Assembly: GCA_026770705.1 (NCBI GenBank)
Contig: JANJGN010000052.1
Location: 1-64,000 of the forward strand
Source of the DNA: Isurus oxyrinchus
Taxonomy: Eukaryota
Reading direction: 5' to 3'
DNA: 64,000 nt
In this document: one piece after another, positions 24,501 through 38,066 of the stretch
Layout of the letters: each line of letters starts with the position of its first letter
Position numbering within the stretch: the first letter of the stretch is position 1
Translations under genes and position numbers: made by a program
The notes under the pieces: generated by a model
Databases searched by the model: none
Told to the model about the DNA's origin: nothing
The model's input: only the letters and a program-made list of their open reading frames with translations

Positions 24501-27500
24501 GGGAGAGATGGACAATCCAACATGTGATCACATTTCAGAGATGTGTAAGAATAATAAAGCAGTAATACTCAGGGATTTTAACTACCCAAATATTAACTGG
24601 GACAGCTTTAGTGAGCAAGGTAGGGAGGGAGAAAAATTCTGAAGTTGCATCCAGGAGAAGATTTTTAGTCTGTGCATAGAAAGCTCAACAAGGGAGGGGA
24701 CAGTTCTGGACCTAATATATGGAAAAGCGCCGGGGAAGTTGGAAAGCGTATCAGTAGGGGAGATGGTGACTGTAACTCAATTGGATTTAGGATAGTTATG
24801 GAGAAGGATAAGTTTGTGCTGGGAATAAAAATTCTAAACTGGGGAAAGGCTAATTTTACTAAGATGAGATATGATTTGGCCCAAGTGGACTGGGAGAAGC
24901 TCTTTGCAGATAAAACTGTGTCAGAGCAGTGGGAGGCATTCAAGGAGGGAATAGCGAGAGTACAGAGCAGATATCTTCCTGTAAAGACAAAGAGGGAGAC
25001 CAAGTCTGGAGAACCCTGGAAGACAAGGAACATAAAGGTTAGGATTGAGAAAAAAGAGAAGCTTATGGCAGATACTGAGGGCTCAATACAGCAGAGTCCC
25101 TAGAGGAGTATAAATAGTGCAGAGGGGAACTGAAAAAGGACATTAGGAAAGATAAGAGAGTGCATGAGAAAGCACTGGTGTGTAGAATAAAGCAAAACCC
25201 AGAGGGATTTTTTAAATATGTAAAGAGCAGCAGAATAACTCGGGAAAGAGTGGGGCTGATTAGGGACCATCGAGGTAATGTGTGTGTGGACCTGGAAGAC
25301 GTGGGTACAGTCCTCAATGAATACTTTGCATCAGTCTTCACTATGGAAAAGGATGATGCAGGTATAACATCAGGGTGGAGGACAGTGAAATATGAGAGGA
25401 AATTAACACAGAGAGAGGAGGTACTAGTGGGTTTAGCGGCCTGAAAAGTGGATAAATCCACAAGTCCGAATGAGATGAATCCAAAGCTGTTGAGGGAGGA
25501 AAGGGAAGAGATATCAGGGGCCCTGGCAGTAATTTTCAAATCCTCTCTGGCCACAGGTGACGTGCCAGAGGACTGGAGGATGGCTAATGTTGTCCCATTA
25601 TTAAAAAAGGGAGGAAGGGATAGATCAGGAAATTACAGGCCAGTCAGTCTAACCTCGGTGGTGGGGAAGTTACTAGGAAGACTTCTGAAGGACAGAATGA
25701 ATCTGCACTGGGAGAGACAAGGATTAATCTGGGATATTCAGCTGGATTTGTTAAGGGAAGGTCATGTTTGACAAACCTGATCAAATCTTTTGAGGAGGTA
25801 ACCAGGAGTGTTGATGAGAGTAATGCCTTTGATGTGGTCGACATGGGCTGAGGAAGGCTTTTGATAAGGTGCCTCTTGGCAGAGAGGCCAAGAAAGTAAG
25901 AGCCCATGGGATCCAAGGCAAAGTGGCACGTTGGATCCAATATTGGCTGAGGCAGGAAGCAGAGGGTGATGGTGGAGGGATGTTTCTGTGACTGGATGTC
26001 TGTTTCCAGTGGGGTTCCACAGGGCTCAGTGCTGGGGCACTTGCTGTTTGAGGTGTATATAAATGAATTGGACGTAAATATAGGGGGGATGATCACGACG
26101 CAAATGGACTTCAACCTGGAAAAGTGTGAGGTGATGCACTTAGGGAGGGAGTTGCTGACCAGAATGGACATGATGGGCTAAATGGCCTCCTTCTGTCCTG
26201 TAAGTGTCTATGAGTCTATGAGTCCAAGATGCACTGTCGGAGAGTCAGTAGTAAGGATGTACTGCCTGTCAGGGGTCACTTTTTCCCAGTTAAACACCAA
26301 TGGTTTGTTTATAAACAAAGTGCAGGATGTGGGAGCTTGCTGTGCACATTTGATACTATTCCAGCTAATGTAGAATGAAGGGTGTTTGTACTTACGTAGC
26401 ACAGTTAGTACGAGGGTCCGCTCCGATGAAACAGATGGATATCTCACTCTGCAGCTGAGAGTGTGTCCGTGGTGTTTGAGTGATGGGATCAGGGTCAGAA
26501 CAGAAGTATAGGTCAGAGTGACACCATGCTGAGTTACAGTGTTTGAGACTGATCCAGGTACGTCAGTGGGAGTGTCCCAGGTTAAGACTGTTCCATTGCA
26601 CGTTGTGTTGAAGGTGCAGCTTACATCCACACGCTTTCCTGCAATAATTTCAGCAGGGAATATCGTGGGTTTATCTGTGAAATCTAACAGACAGAGAATG
26701 GATCCTTTTAGAGAAATATAACGTGAAGCATCAGTTCAAATAGAAGTCACAGTCCCACAAGAGAAAGCACTTTTACAAGGATGATATCAGAACTGAGAGG
26801 TTACAATGATCATTAAAGAATTGTCTCTTTTTACACTTGTTGAATCTCTGTCACTCAGATTAATACACTCTCACTCAGTGACCCTTGATTTGACCAGACT
26901 GGGTGAGGGTGGAGGAACAGCTCACAGCTCGGGGAGAACAGACTCAGCATTTGGAAAAGGATATCGAGACACTGGAGAGGGTGGTAAAAAGCTTCACAAG
27001 GATGATCTCAGCAATGTGAGGCTTTACCTATCAGGAGAGGATGAACAGGCTGGGTCTCTGTTCTCTTGAACAGAGAAGGTTGAGGGGTGACCTCATTTGA
27101 CCTTTGAAGTAATGAAAGGTTTTGATCGAGTAGACATGGAGAGAGTGTTTCCACTCCTCACAATGAACAAAACCAGAGGCTGACAATATAAGATCGTCAC
27201 TAATAAATCCAATGGGGAATTCAGGAGGAACTTCTTTACCCAGAGAGTGGGGAGAATGTGTGCTTCAAGAATCACTTCATTGACTGTGAATCGATTTAGT
27301 ATCGTCCTGAGGTGGTGAAAGGCGCTATGGAAATGCGAGAATTGCTTTTGTATTTTGAAATCAGGTTTCCAAGGATGAGATGGGAACTGAGAGGTTACAA
27401 CAATCAGCAGCAACTTTCCTATTTTCAAACTTGGTGAGGAATGTGTCACTGAGCTGAATACACTTTCACTCCCAGACCCTTGAATTGCCAACACTGGGGT

Positions 27501-30500
27501 GTGGGTGATGGAGCAGCCCACAGCTCATGGAACCCTGGCTCATCATTCTCTCAGAGATCTGGGTCACTGATCCCATTGCTCTCTGTGGGAGCTTCCTGTG
27601 TACAAACTCACTGCCACGTTAGACAGTGACTATACTTCAAGAATTTCTTCATTGTCTGTGAAATGATTTGAAGTTTGCTGAGGTGGTGTAAGGCGCTATA
27701 GGAATGCACATCCTTCTTTTGTCAAATTGTTAGACATTTAAAAAGCATGAGGTAGACTGATGGGAGTGGATAACCTGATAACATTGATGGACACAGGCAA
27801 TACATTTAATCATTGATATTAAAGTGAGTATTAGAGGTTGCTTTAGGACTGAACTGGAAGTTATCACCCGGTTATTGAGAATCAGACAGTGTGTTATAAT
27901 AAGCTGTGTTTTGTGTTAATATGTAAACATCACAGTTTGTGTTATTTCCCATTGAGTGTTGAATGTGAATTGTTGAGTAATTATAACACAGCACTTACCA
28001 GAAACGTGAAGCTGGGTTACAGGGTAATAGTTATGGCTCGGACCATTGTCAAATTCTATTCTGAAAAAATAAGGTCCTGCATCTTCCCGTCTGATGTTGT
28101 TTATAATCAGGGAACAGTCGCCATCTTTCAGGTCTCCAGACAGCCGGGTCCGATGGTGGAACCGTGGTAACTCATGACTGTGATCCTTGGAGTGAAAGGC
28201 AATGGGAGCCCAGGGAATCTGTTTCTCGTCATTAAACCAGACTCCACCTCGCGGTTGGTTTTCCAGACACGATGGATAACTGTAATGACATGGAATCTGT
28301 GCACACGAACCTTCCTGCGCTGTCACCTCTCGTGGAGTGTCACTTTTCCACTCATGTGACAGTGCAACTGGGGAGAGAAATCTCAATATTTATCTCTGGA
28401 TGGTTTGTGGATCCACTAGACTCAAAATTTACAGATGAGGCTGAATTGGGGGGATGGTCAATACTGAGGAGAATGGCAACAAATTATTTTGGCAGGAAGA
28501 ATAGAAAAACAGAATATTATTTAAATGGAGACAGGCTGCAGAATGCAGTACAGAGGGATCTGGGTGTCCTTGTACATGAATCACAGAAAGTCAGCATTCA
28601 GGAACACCACGGAATGAGGAAGGCAAGTGGAATGTTGGCCTTTTTTGCAAAGGGATGGAGTATAAAAGGAGGGAAGTCTTGCAACAGCTGCACAGGGTGT
28701 TAGTGAGATTGTAACAGGATCATTGTGTACAGGCAGTTCAGAGAAGCTTCACTGGGCTGATTCCTGGGATTAAAGGGTTTGTCCTGTGAGGAAATGTTGA
28801 GCAGGTTGGGCCTGTATCCATTGGAGTTTAGAAGAATGAGGGGTGACCTTATTGAAACATATCCGATTCCGAGGGGGCTTGACAGGGTGGATGCTGGGAG
28901 GATGTTTCCCCGTCGTGGGGGAATCTAGAACCAGGGAGCACAGTTTCGGAATGAGGGCTCCCCCATTTAAGACTGAGATGAGGAGGAATTTCCTCTCTCA
29001 GAGGGGCGCTAGCCTGTGGAATTCTCTTCCCCAGAGAGCAGTGGAGGCTGGGCCATTGAATAGACTCAAGGCTGAGTGAGGCAGGTTTTTGATCGACAAG
29101 GGGGTCAAGGGTTTGGGGGACAGGCAGGAAAATGGAGTTAAGGCCACAACCAGATCAGCAAGAGCAGGCTCGAGGGGCTGAATGGCCTGCTCCTGTCCCT
29201 ATTTCTTATGTTCCTACATTCTTACCTTCTTAAAATATTAAAGCTGCAGAATAAACATGCAAGTGACTGACCCGCTCGACCCACCTTCCATCTGGGGGTC
29301 CCATGGGGAGGACCCTTCCTGAGCCAGATCCACCAGCCAACATGGTCTGGATCCGAGCACAGGAGACACGGGGGGGAGTGACTAACAGGCTCCTTGTGAC
29401 AGGCCCCGTCTGTCCAATGGCTGGCTTTCAGCTGCCAAGGCCAGAGTGGTCCTTGCTAAAACCGGCTCAGGACAGGCCAGGACCCCTGTGCAGACTCCCT
29501 CCAGCGCTGCAGCCTCTGTACAAACCCCTCATGCGCTTGTGGTGAGACACAAACAAGGCTGCACATTACCGAGGAGAATCCCCTCTACGGACTAAGGGGC
29601 TGACTCATCACCCTAAACTCGGCAAATGAGGAGGCTCTCGCTCGGTATCGGGGCTTGGCATTCGCTCAGTAAAAATAATCAAATGACATTTTGGTCAGAA
29701 ATCTAAGGAGGTTGTACATTCCCTCTAAAATAAGACTCGATCTGGGGTCGAGGGTCAAAGGACAACAACTTTGTTTACACAACAACTTTAACATGACAAA
29801 TCACCCCAAGGTGCTACACAGGAGCGTCATAAAACAAAGAATGTCACCCAGACACGTGTGGAGATATTAGCGACAGCTGACCAGAAGAGTTCGGTGTTAT
29901 GGAGAATCTTAAAAGGGGGATGAAATGGATAGTGAGAGAGAGAGAGATAGAGATAGAGAGAGAGAGAGATAGAGAGAGTGAGAGAGAGTGATGGAGAGGG
30001 GTTGAGGCCGGGTATTACAGAGCTCGGGCCCCAGGCACCTGAAGGCATGGTCGCCGATATTGCAGTGATGGGATCGGGGGATGGTAAAGAGGCTGGAATT
30101 GGATGAGCACAGAGACCTCAGAGGGTTGGAGGGGCTGGAGGAGGTTACAGAGATAGGGAGGGTTGTAGTGATTGGAGGAGTTACAGAGATAGGGAGGGTT
30201 GTAGAGGCTGGAAAATTTAAGAGAGATTGGGAGAGTGTAGGGTATGGAGGAGTTCGCAGAGCTAGGGAGGGTTGTAGTGGCTGGAGGAGGTTGCAGAGTT
30301 TGGTAGGTTTTTTGTGCAGGATGAATTTACAGATATAGGGAAGCAGCAGAGGCTTGAAGAGGTTACAGAGAATGGGATGGTTGTAGGTACTGGAGGAGGA
30401 CGAGGAGATTACAGAGATAGTGAGGAAACAAAGATGAAAATTGTGACATTGAGACTTTGCTTGACCAAGAGCCAGTCTCGGTCATCGAGCAGAGCGGGTG

Positions 30501-33500
30501 ATAAGGGAATGGGACTTGGTGTGAGTAAGGACATGGTCAGCAGTTTTGGATGGCCTCAACTTTATGGAGTGTAGAGCGTGTGTTGGAACAGTTGAGTCTG
30601 GAGGTAATGAAGGCGTGGATGAGGGTTTCAGCAGCAGATGAGCTGAGACAGGGTGATGTCGTGCGATGTTACGGAGGTGGAAATAGACAGTGTTAGTGAG
30701 GGCGCAGATATGAGGCCGGAAGCTCATCTCAGGATCAAATGGGACAACAAAGCTGTGAACAGATTGGCTTCAATCTCAGAGAGCTGTCAGGGAGAGGAAT
30801 GGAGTTGGTAGCGAGGGAACAGAGTTTGGAGCGGGGAATGAAGGCAATGGCTTCAGTCTTTCCAATATTTAATTGGAGGGAATTTCTGCCCATCCAGTAC
30901 TGGACGTCGGATAAGCAGCCTGATAATTTAGCAGCAGTGGAGGAGTCGAGAGAGGTGGTGGTGAGGTAGAGCTGGGGATCCTCAGTGGACAGGTGAAAAC
31001 TAACACTGTTCAGATGATGCTGCAAAGCCATTGCAAGTGATTCTCTGACTACGATGAGATGGATAAGAATGGAGCCAGGGGAGAGCAGTCCCACCCAGCT
31101 GGACGACAGTGGAGAGGTGTTGGAGGAGGATGGTGTGGTCGAGCATGTCAAAGGCTGCAGACAGATCGAGAAGGACGAGGAGGGAAAGTTGACCTTTGTC
31201 ACAGTCACACAGGATGCCATTTGTGACCTTGATAAGAGCTGTTTCAGCACAGTGGCTGGGGTGGGAACCTGATTGGAGGGATTCAAACATGGAGATCCGG
31301 GAAAGATGGGAACGGATTCGGGAGATGGAAACACGTTCAAGGACTTTGGAGGGGAAAGAGAGGCTGGAGATGGGACGGGGGTTTACACGGACAGTGTGAG
31401 GGGTGGAAGGTGTAGTGGGGAGGAGACACTTCACTCAGGGGGGAGGTGTCATCACCCCTCAGCTCGGTTTACGTTACAGCTATGATGTGGATCCAATCAC
31501 ACACAATAAGCTCATGGATCTGGGAGCAGAAATAGACAAATCATTAAAAATAGTGACGCTGGTTAACACGGCCAAAAAACAAGCAAATCAAACACTATTA
31601 TTTCCCATTGAGTGTTGGATGTGAATTGTTGAGTAATTATAACACAGCACTTACCAGAAACATGAAGCTGGGTTTCAGGACGGTCGTTGTATCTATTCCT
31701 GCTGTCAAAATCTGTTCTGAATAAATAATATCCTGCATCTTCCCATCTGACATTGTTTATAATCAGGGAACAGTCACCATCTTTCAGGTCTCCAGACAGC
31801 CGGGTCCGATGGTGGAACTGTGGTAACTCGCGATTATGATCCTTGGAGTGAAAGGCTATAGACCGTTCATTCCATGTTTCCCAATTCCTTCTCATATACC
31901 AGATTCCGACTGGTGATCTCGCTACTAAATATGATGGATAACTGTAATTACATGGAATCTGTACACACGAACCTTCCTGCGCTGTCACCTCTCGTGGAGT
32001 GTTGACTTTCCACACTTGTGATAGTCCAACTACGGAGAGAAATATCAATATTTAACTCTGAATGTTTTCTCAATCCACTATACTCAATATCCACCCCCTC
32101 CATCACTGGGGCACAGTGGCTGCAGTCTGGATAATCCACAGGTCACACAATGAATGCCCCAAGGTTTTACCACAGATCGAAGAGAATTCTGGACACAGGA
32201 GTGGACAAGTTCATTCTACATTGGCTCATGGCCCTCAGGAACCTATTTAGTGAAGTCAGTCTGCCACCCAACACAGTGTTTACAAGACGCACTGATTGAA
32301 GTGAGTTCACTGCTGATTTACAATGTAGGACAATGGATTTAGAGCCTTCAGAATTCCCCCATTATCACCATCATGAATCATGAATTGGCCTAGCTGTCCT
32401 AGATCCTCAGTGTCTAAGGCAGTGGTTCCTATTGTGATGTAAGTATAATAATTTTCATAATATTTTATAGTATATTGTGAAGTAGGTTTATGGGGGTACG
32501 CATGATGGGTCTGCATGTGATTTAAGTACATTTGGAGTTAATTAGATTGGAAGTTTAAAATGATCAAAAGGAGCTAGGTGCTTGACATGCTATTGAGGAA
32601 ACATGGATGCTGCTTAGCATGGAAGGTATGAAGAGAATTTGCATTTTTATTTCAATGAAGGGGTTGTTGGATTTCAAAGGAATCTTAGCTTGTTTACAAC
32701 TAGCCAGATAAGCAAGACTAATGAATGTGCTTATTTTTCTCAAAGGCTCCTGGCAATATGGGCACCACGAAAGAAATTGTTATGAGGAAGAGACAGTTTC
32801 AAAAACATTTGGAACAATAGAATTTTCATGTTACAAAGAGAGAAATATATATCTATCAGGGAGAATGAAAGGCTATGTGTCAGAATGCCATGTAAGATCT
32901 AACATGAGTGTGTGATATAGTCTTAATGAAACCTCTAGCATTTGTGCACAAGCCTGCTATCCAACAGAACTGAAGTTGGGGAAAAGCCACTTGGAATTCC
33001 TCTGTGCAGGGTATTGCTATTGTATTGTGTTAACTTGCTGAGTTGTTTTAAATCTAACATCTATTTTTAGTCTGTTGCCTTAAAGGGAGTGTAACTGGGA
33101 GTCAGGTTAATTTGGAATTTTAAGAATTATTATAGTGGTAATTGTAGAGTTATGTATGTGCTTGAAATCTTTTATTTTGAGAGCAAGAATTTTAATTTAA
33201 TTTTCAAATCTCTAAAGGTCTTGGTGTAATTATTGCTTCTGAATTCAGTGCACACATCTCATAATAAATACAAATTGCAAAATCATTATGATAGTGTGAC
33301 CACCTTTCTCTCATGGACTTGGTCTGCCTGGCACACATCACCTGTCAAGTGATAACACTGTTGTAATATGCCTTTCAGGGACAGCAGCATGACATCACTC
33401 GAGGGGAAGTGTGTCATGTGATTTTAGAACTGGGGATAGCTTAAGTACGTTCTATGTGTATTTGTGTGTGTTAGGGTTTAAGGTCTATCTTTAAGTTCAA

Positions 33501-36500
33501 GTTTAGTTTGATTTCTGTATTTGTGTGTTAAGAAAGGGGGAAACTTCAGTTTTGGTTTCATTTTCGTTTAGCAATCTAATGGGGTTTGATGTCTCTTGAA
33601 GGGAAGTCAAAACAAACACAAGGTGTAAGAAACTGTGCTGTTGCTAAGCAACAGTGATCCATAGGGACGGACTCATAGAGACAGAGAAAAACAGAAATGT
33701 GCTTTCAGTTTGGTTGAAAGGAGTTGCCAGGAGAAGCAGCAAAGGAGCGGGACAGATAGTCAGTCCCAAAGTAAAGAAGAAGCCAAAACCATCGAGTGGA
33801 ACAGGAGAAAGAGCCAAGAAGACCTTCTACTCCAAAGAAGATCAGGAATCTGAAAAAGGTCCTGTTAAGTCAAGTTAAGATTGAGGAGCAGAGGAGGGAT
33901 CCAAGCTAAAAGAGAAAAAGCAAAAGGACACAGACCTAAAGCAAAAAAGGCTGATTAGAAGCCAGAAGATCACAGGAGACAGCCAAATGTTGATGTCTTC
34001 TTACTATGACCATGTGAAGCCATGGTGTTCCATTGGCATGACTGAGCATTGGAGAGACAACGCGTAGAAGGAAGGCTGAATGCATGTGGCGATCCAGGGG
34101 GCAGGAACATGGGAAGGAGAGTTTGAAATCGTGGAAGTGGACCCTTGTGGAAGGTCTCTGAGTGAAAGTGTCATGTTGGAGAAGATTCCAAAGAGAGCAC
34201 TTGACGAGTAGAGATTGGAAACTCTCATGTGAAAGATACAGTTTTGTAAGACCAGTTGCCTCATGGTGTAACAAGTGTCTGGAGTCAGTTGAGCTGAAAC
34301 CCATAGCATTTGTTCCAATTGGGGTCTATCACTTGGTTACAGAATGTGGTGTCCCTGACACCAGGTCGTCTATTGGTTTGCATGAACTGTGTACTTAGTG
34401 TGAACATGAGAGTATAAGATAGTTATTGTAACTTGTATTCTACTTATGAATCTGTAAATGTATAGGTCTGGGTGAAGGAGTAATGTAATATAATCAGTCT
34501 TTCCTAATTTAATAAATGTTTTATTCTTTTGTTAGAAGGTCATCAGATGATTCCTGTGACTCTGTTCAGTAGCAGCACTCCACATTCCTAAATAAAAAAT
34601 AAAAGTTAGGACCTATCAAGCTGAGCTCCACCCTGGGATCTGACTTGCCCAGTAGTAACATCAGCTGGGATGATAACACCATCCAGTCCAAGTTTCACTT
34701 TGGCCTGTGAGCAGAACACAGCTCACACAGTTTGGCCGCAGGTGTCTCCCAGCTTTCTATCCTTGTTCTCATGTCCCTGTTCTAAATAAATGAACCCACA
34801 ATGCATTTACCCAATTCCGTATCAGTGGCTGGTGCCTTTATATCATTATAAAAACACAACATGGTGATCAGCGGTGGCCAAACATTCTGGCAGCAAGATT
34901 CAGTACAGGTATGACGTGGTGAACAGCCTTAGATCGAGCTACATGACATGAGATGACCCTCGACGCTTTGGTCAGACCACAACAGAGACACAGCATCAGA
35001 GAGGGTTGAAATCGCAGTGTACTGACTGCTCAGGAAACCTTTGAAGACACAGTGACGGGACAGAGCACAAGTAAAGAGCTGGGGAGCAGACGGATCCCTC
35101 GTGGTGAGATTACAGCACACGGCCTGTAGGTCAGTGAGTGGGACAGTGTGTATCGCCAGGACCAGCAGCGGGTTAGCTCAGTCAGGGAAGGCGAGTGACC
35201 AGAGTGTGGGCTGGATCGATAGTGAGCGAGGGAGAGTCAAACACACAAAAACCATTATAAAAATCAGGCCAGAGAAGTTAGTGATTATAACGGGTGGCTT
35301 CGAGATTGCTGAACAGCAAATTGAATAAAAAACAAAGACTCCATTACTCCGTGGTGTGTTCCTGCCACAACCCGTCTCCGTGGGCGGAGCTTCGGAAAAG
35401 CACACGAAAGGGGCTAAAGCGACACTCATCCCAGGTCCTGTAGGAGAAGGAATGTCAAAGGAATATTGTCAGAATGTCCACGAAATTCCCCAGTTTGAAC
35501 TGGGATGTAGCTGACCGACTATCTGAATTCAGAATGTTTAAACAGCGTACAGAGCTCTGGTTTCCTGATTCAGGTGTGACTGAACCAGACGAGCAAGCCA
35601 TAAAAATTCACCTCGCGATTGGGAATGAAGGTCTACACAGGCTGAACACGTCAGGATTAACAGCAGAAGAGCGAAAGGATCCCCAATAGATATGGACGAC
35701 ATTGGAAGACAGGTTCAGAATCAGGTTAAACTTCATATTCATCAACTAGAGTTTATGTCATTTCATCAGCCTACACAATCCATAGACCACTTCATCAGCC
35801 GATGTAGAGAAAAGGGTACGCACTGTGATTTCAAACACAGAGCCTGCAGACACAGTTGTTGAGTTGGTGATCGCATCCACTCCCATGGAAGCCTTCCAGA
35901 AAGATCTGCTAGATAAGACCAAAACCTACAGCATTGAAGAGCTACTCAAGGATGGACATAAATACGAAGTGATCCTCGCAGGTCAACGAAGCTTACAGGT
36001 CCTCAGTACAACATCAATTGTTGACACACTCACTAGAACATCCAGACCTAGTGAGACGTGTGGAAGGTGTGGCCTTCTGCAAGCACCAAGGAAATGCCCA
36101 GCTTTCCACCAATCCTGCAAGGCTTGTGGCAGAAAGGGCCATTGACAGCGGCAGGGCACTAGAGCAAAGGCTGATGCCGCTACAAAGAGCTGTGCGCTGA
36201 TCCAAACTAACCCTGCACAACGGGGAACCTTCAAGCAATAAGAATGACCATCCCCTATCCCATCAGGAACATAGACATGTGGTGACTGACAAACCAGGAA
36301 ATGGCGATGATGTGCACGGTGAGACGAGGAGCGGTGATCGATACTCCACCTCTCACACATATCCTGACGTGGCTTGCCAATAAATTGTGGATTGAGGTCT
36401 TTATTGATCTCTCTGGGCACATCAAATAAACTGAAAATGTCCCAAGGGGTGGGATTTGCTGGCCCCACCCACTGCCAGGATTGTCCGGACCAGCCGAAAG

Positions 36501-38066
36501 CCAAAGGATTTATGTGTGTCCCAGTCTCAGAAACTACTCCATCACCTCAGTTCATGACATAACATTGAAATATGCAGAAAGTTTCAACAATATTGGCAAT
36601 TTCAAGGGAGCTGGAACATCACACCTGCAGGAGAATGCAAGTCTGTCAGACTCCTTGCATTAAAATAATTGCAATCCAACTTTGCCATTCTATCTTCTGC
36701 CAATAATTTCTCTGCCTTCCACGTTCATTTGCTCTCTCTTCTAATTTTGGCTGTGCATCTCCCTTTGGTCAACCTCTTCTTGGGATCCCATCCCCTGCCA
36801 TGTTAGTTTAAAGCCTCCCCAGTTGCATCAAGGGTAAAATGCCAATTGAAACAAGGGGCAACATCGAAGAATGACAATCCCACAGATCAATGTGAGCAAT
36901 TAAAGACACCTCCAGACAAGGTTCCCACCACAAGACCTGGGCGTAACAGCAAATTACCTCTATGCTTTAGAGACTTAAATATTCAACAGATCTATACATT
37001 TATGTAATTGTCAAGAATTATGAAAATGTTACCAGAAACCTCTTGTTCCCTGTCCTTGTCAAAGATCCATCCCTGCAGCGGGAGGCTGAAGAGTTATTGA
37101 TGTGGGGCTTAATTTGTCAGATTGTAGAATGATCTGGAACAGAAGGAAGCCATTTGGTCCATCGAGCCTGCGCTGGGCCTTTGAAAGATCTGTCCAATTA
37201 GTCCCACTCTCACCTCTGCTCTCTCCTCCACAGCCCTGCAAAATGTCCCCTTCAAGTATTTATCCAGTTCCCCTTCTGAAAGTTCCTGTTGAATCTGCTT
37301 CCACCGCCCTTTCAGGCAGTGAGTCAATGGTCTCTCTCTGAGCTGCAAAGTGCTCAGATTCTGTGAAATTTAAACTCTGCAGCAGGTCAGAGACAATTAT
37401 GATAACTCAGAATATTTGACAGTTTTACACACAAACGGCTTTATCTTCTTCTCTCTTTCAGTTATCTTGCTCCCTTATTGAAGTTTCTAGCAAGGTGAGA
37501 ATGGACAGGAAGTGTGACACTGAACAGCCTGTCTATTCTAGGAGCTGCTGTGTTGTCTTCATGAGAAATTCTGACTAAAATCAGCAAAAGACACAAAATT
37601 TCAGCGCATTGTTATCCGTGTCCTAGCGTCGGGATAGACCTCAACCCCCAGTTTTTATCCCTGATTCTCTATTCAGCCGATCGCTTCCCTGTCACTCACT
37701 GACCTACACTGACTCCCAGTACAGCAATGACTCAAATTTCAAATTCTCATCATCGATTTCTTACCACACCATCCCCCCTCTACACTCTCTATCTGTGTAA
37801 CCTCCTCCAACCCTAAAACCCTCTAAGACCTCTGCTCTCCTCCAATTCTGCTGTCAGACAGGGAGTCAGTGTATATCAGTGAGCTTAGGGGTGATGGGTG
37901 AATGGGACTTGGTGTGTGTTTGTACACTGGCTCACTGCTGAATCGTTTCCCAATCACAGCTCAATAAGAATGATCTTTTACAAAGACTATTAACCATAAA
38001 TCTGTCCAAGCTGACGATGATATTACCTTGGAGAAGTGACAGGAGGAAGTAAGATTTCCCGATCAT
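21372..38066 (-). CDS. Gene B: activating-type Siglec-like receptor (leader, V, V, C2, C2, TM with Arg, short tail), about 497 aa (372-374 aa if only one V is used)
   Basis: Exons 38066-38027, 32029-31655, 28367-27999, 26683-26396, 23498-23217 and 21511-21372; GT-AG introns, phase 1, 1494 nt, no internal stop. Confidence 0.8.
23217..23498 (-). CDS. Gene B C2/I-set stalk exon
   Basis: APRNLSITSPDM...YQCVAENEHG; 282 nt; AG/GT flanks. Confidence 0.87.
23935..26225 (+). mobile_element. CR1-type LINE with nested LTR-like piece and Penelope-derived hairpin
   Basis: NWGKANF, FFKYVKS, PEDWRMANVVPL..KG...NYRPVSLTSVVGK, SGVPQGSVLG. Confidence 0.85.
26396..26683 (-). CDS. Gene B C2-set domain-2-type exon
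   Basis: Paralog of 15382-15678 with an in-frame 9-nt deletion (AAP); 288 nt. Confidence 0.87.
27999..28367 (-). CDS. Gene B V-set exon 2 (gene-A-like)
   Basis: 10 aa differences out of 123 versus the gene A V exon; YFFR retained; 369 nt. Confidence 0.88.
28420..29220 (+). mobile_element. CR1 3' fragment (copy at 45000-45790)
   Basis: QRDLGVLVHES, FKTEMRRNFLSQR...WNSLPQ, CR1 3' end. Confidence 0.8.
29800..31400 (-). mobile_element. L2-clade LINE RT/3' fragment
   Basis: RPISSLSFPSKVLER...QSG...ETALIKVTN...LLVLLDLSAAFD; duplicated at 46370-48060. Confidence 0.8.
31655..32029 (-). CDS. Gene B V-set exon 1 (divergent)
   Basis: VGLSQVWKVNTP...GSCVQIPC...GDCSL...YYLFRTDF; essential Arg present; 375 nt, open frame. 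Confidence 0.88.
32430..36660 (+). mobile_element. Nested LTR elements and decayed Gypsy-type gag in gene B intron 1
   Basis: TG...CA-bounded LTR-like blocks (about 32432-33357 and 33413-34678); LTR end aaca followed by PBS-like TGGTGATCAGCGG at 34862; gag with zinc knuckles CGRCG...CPA....CKACGRKGH. Confidence 0.7.
38027..38066 (-). CDS. Gene B leader exon (MIGKSYFLLSLLQ)
   Basis: Same coding sequence and donor as the gene A leader. Confidence 0.8.
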
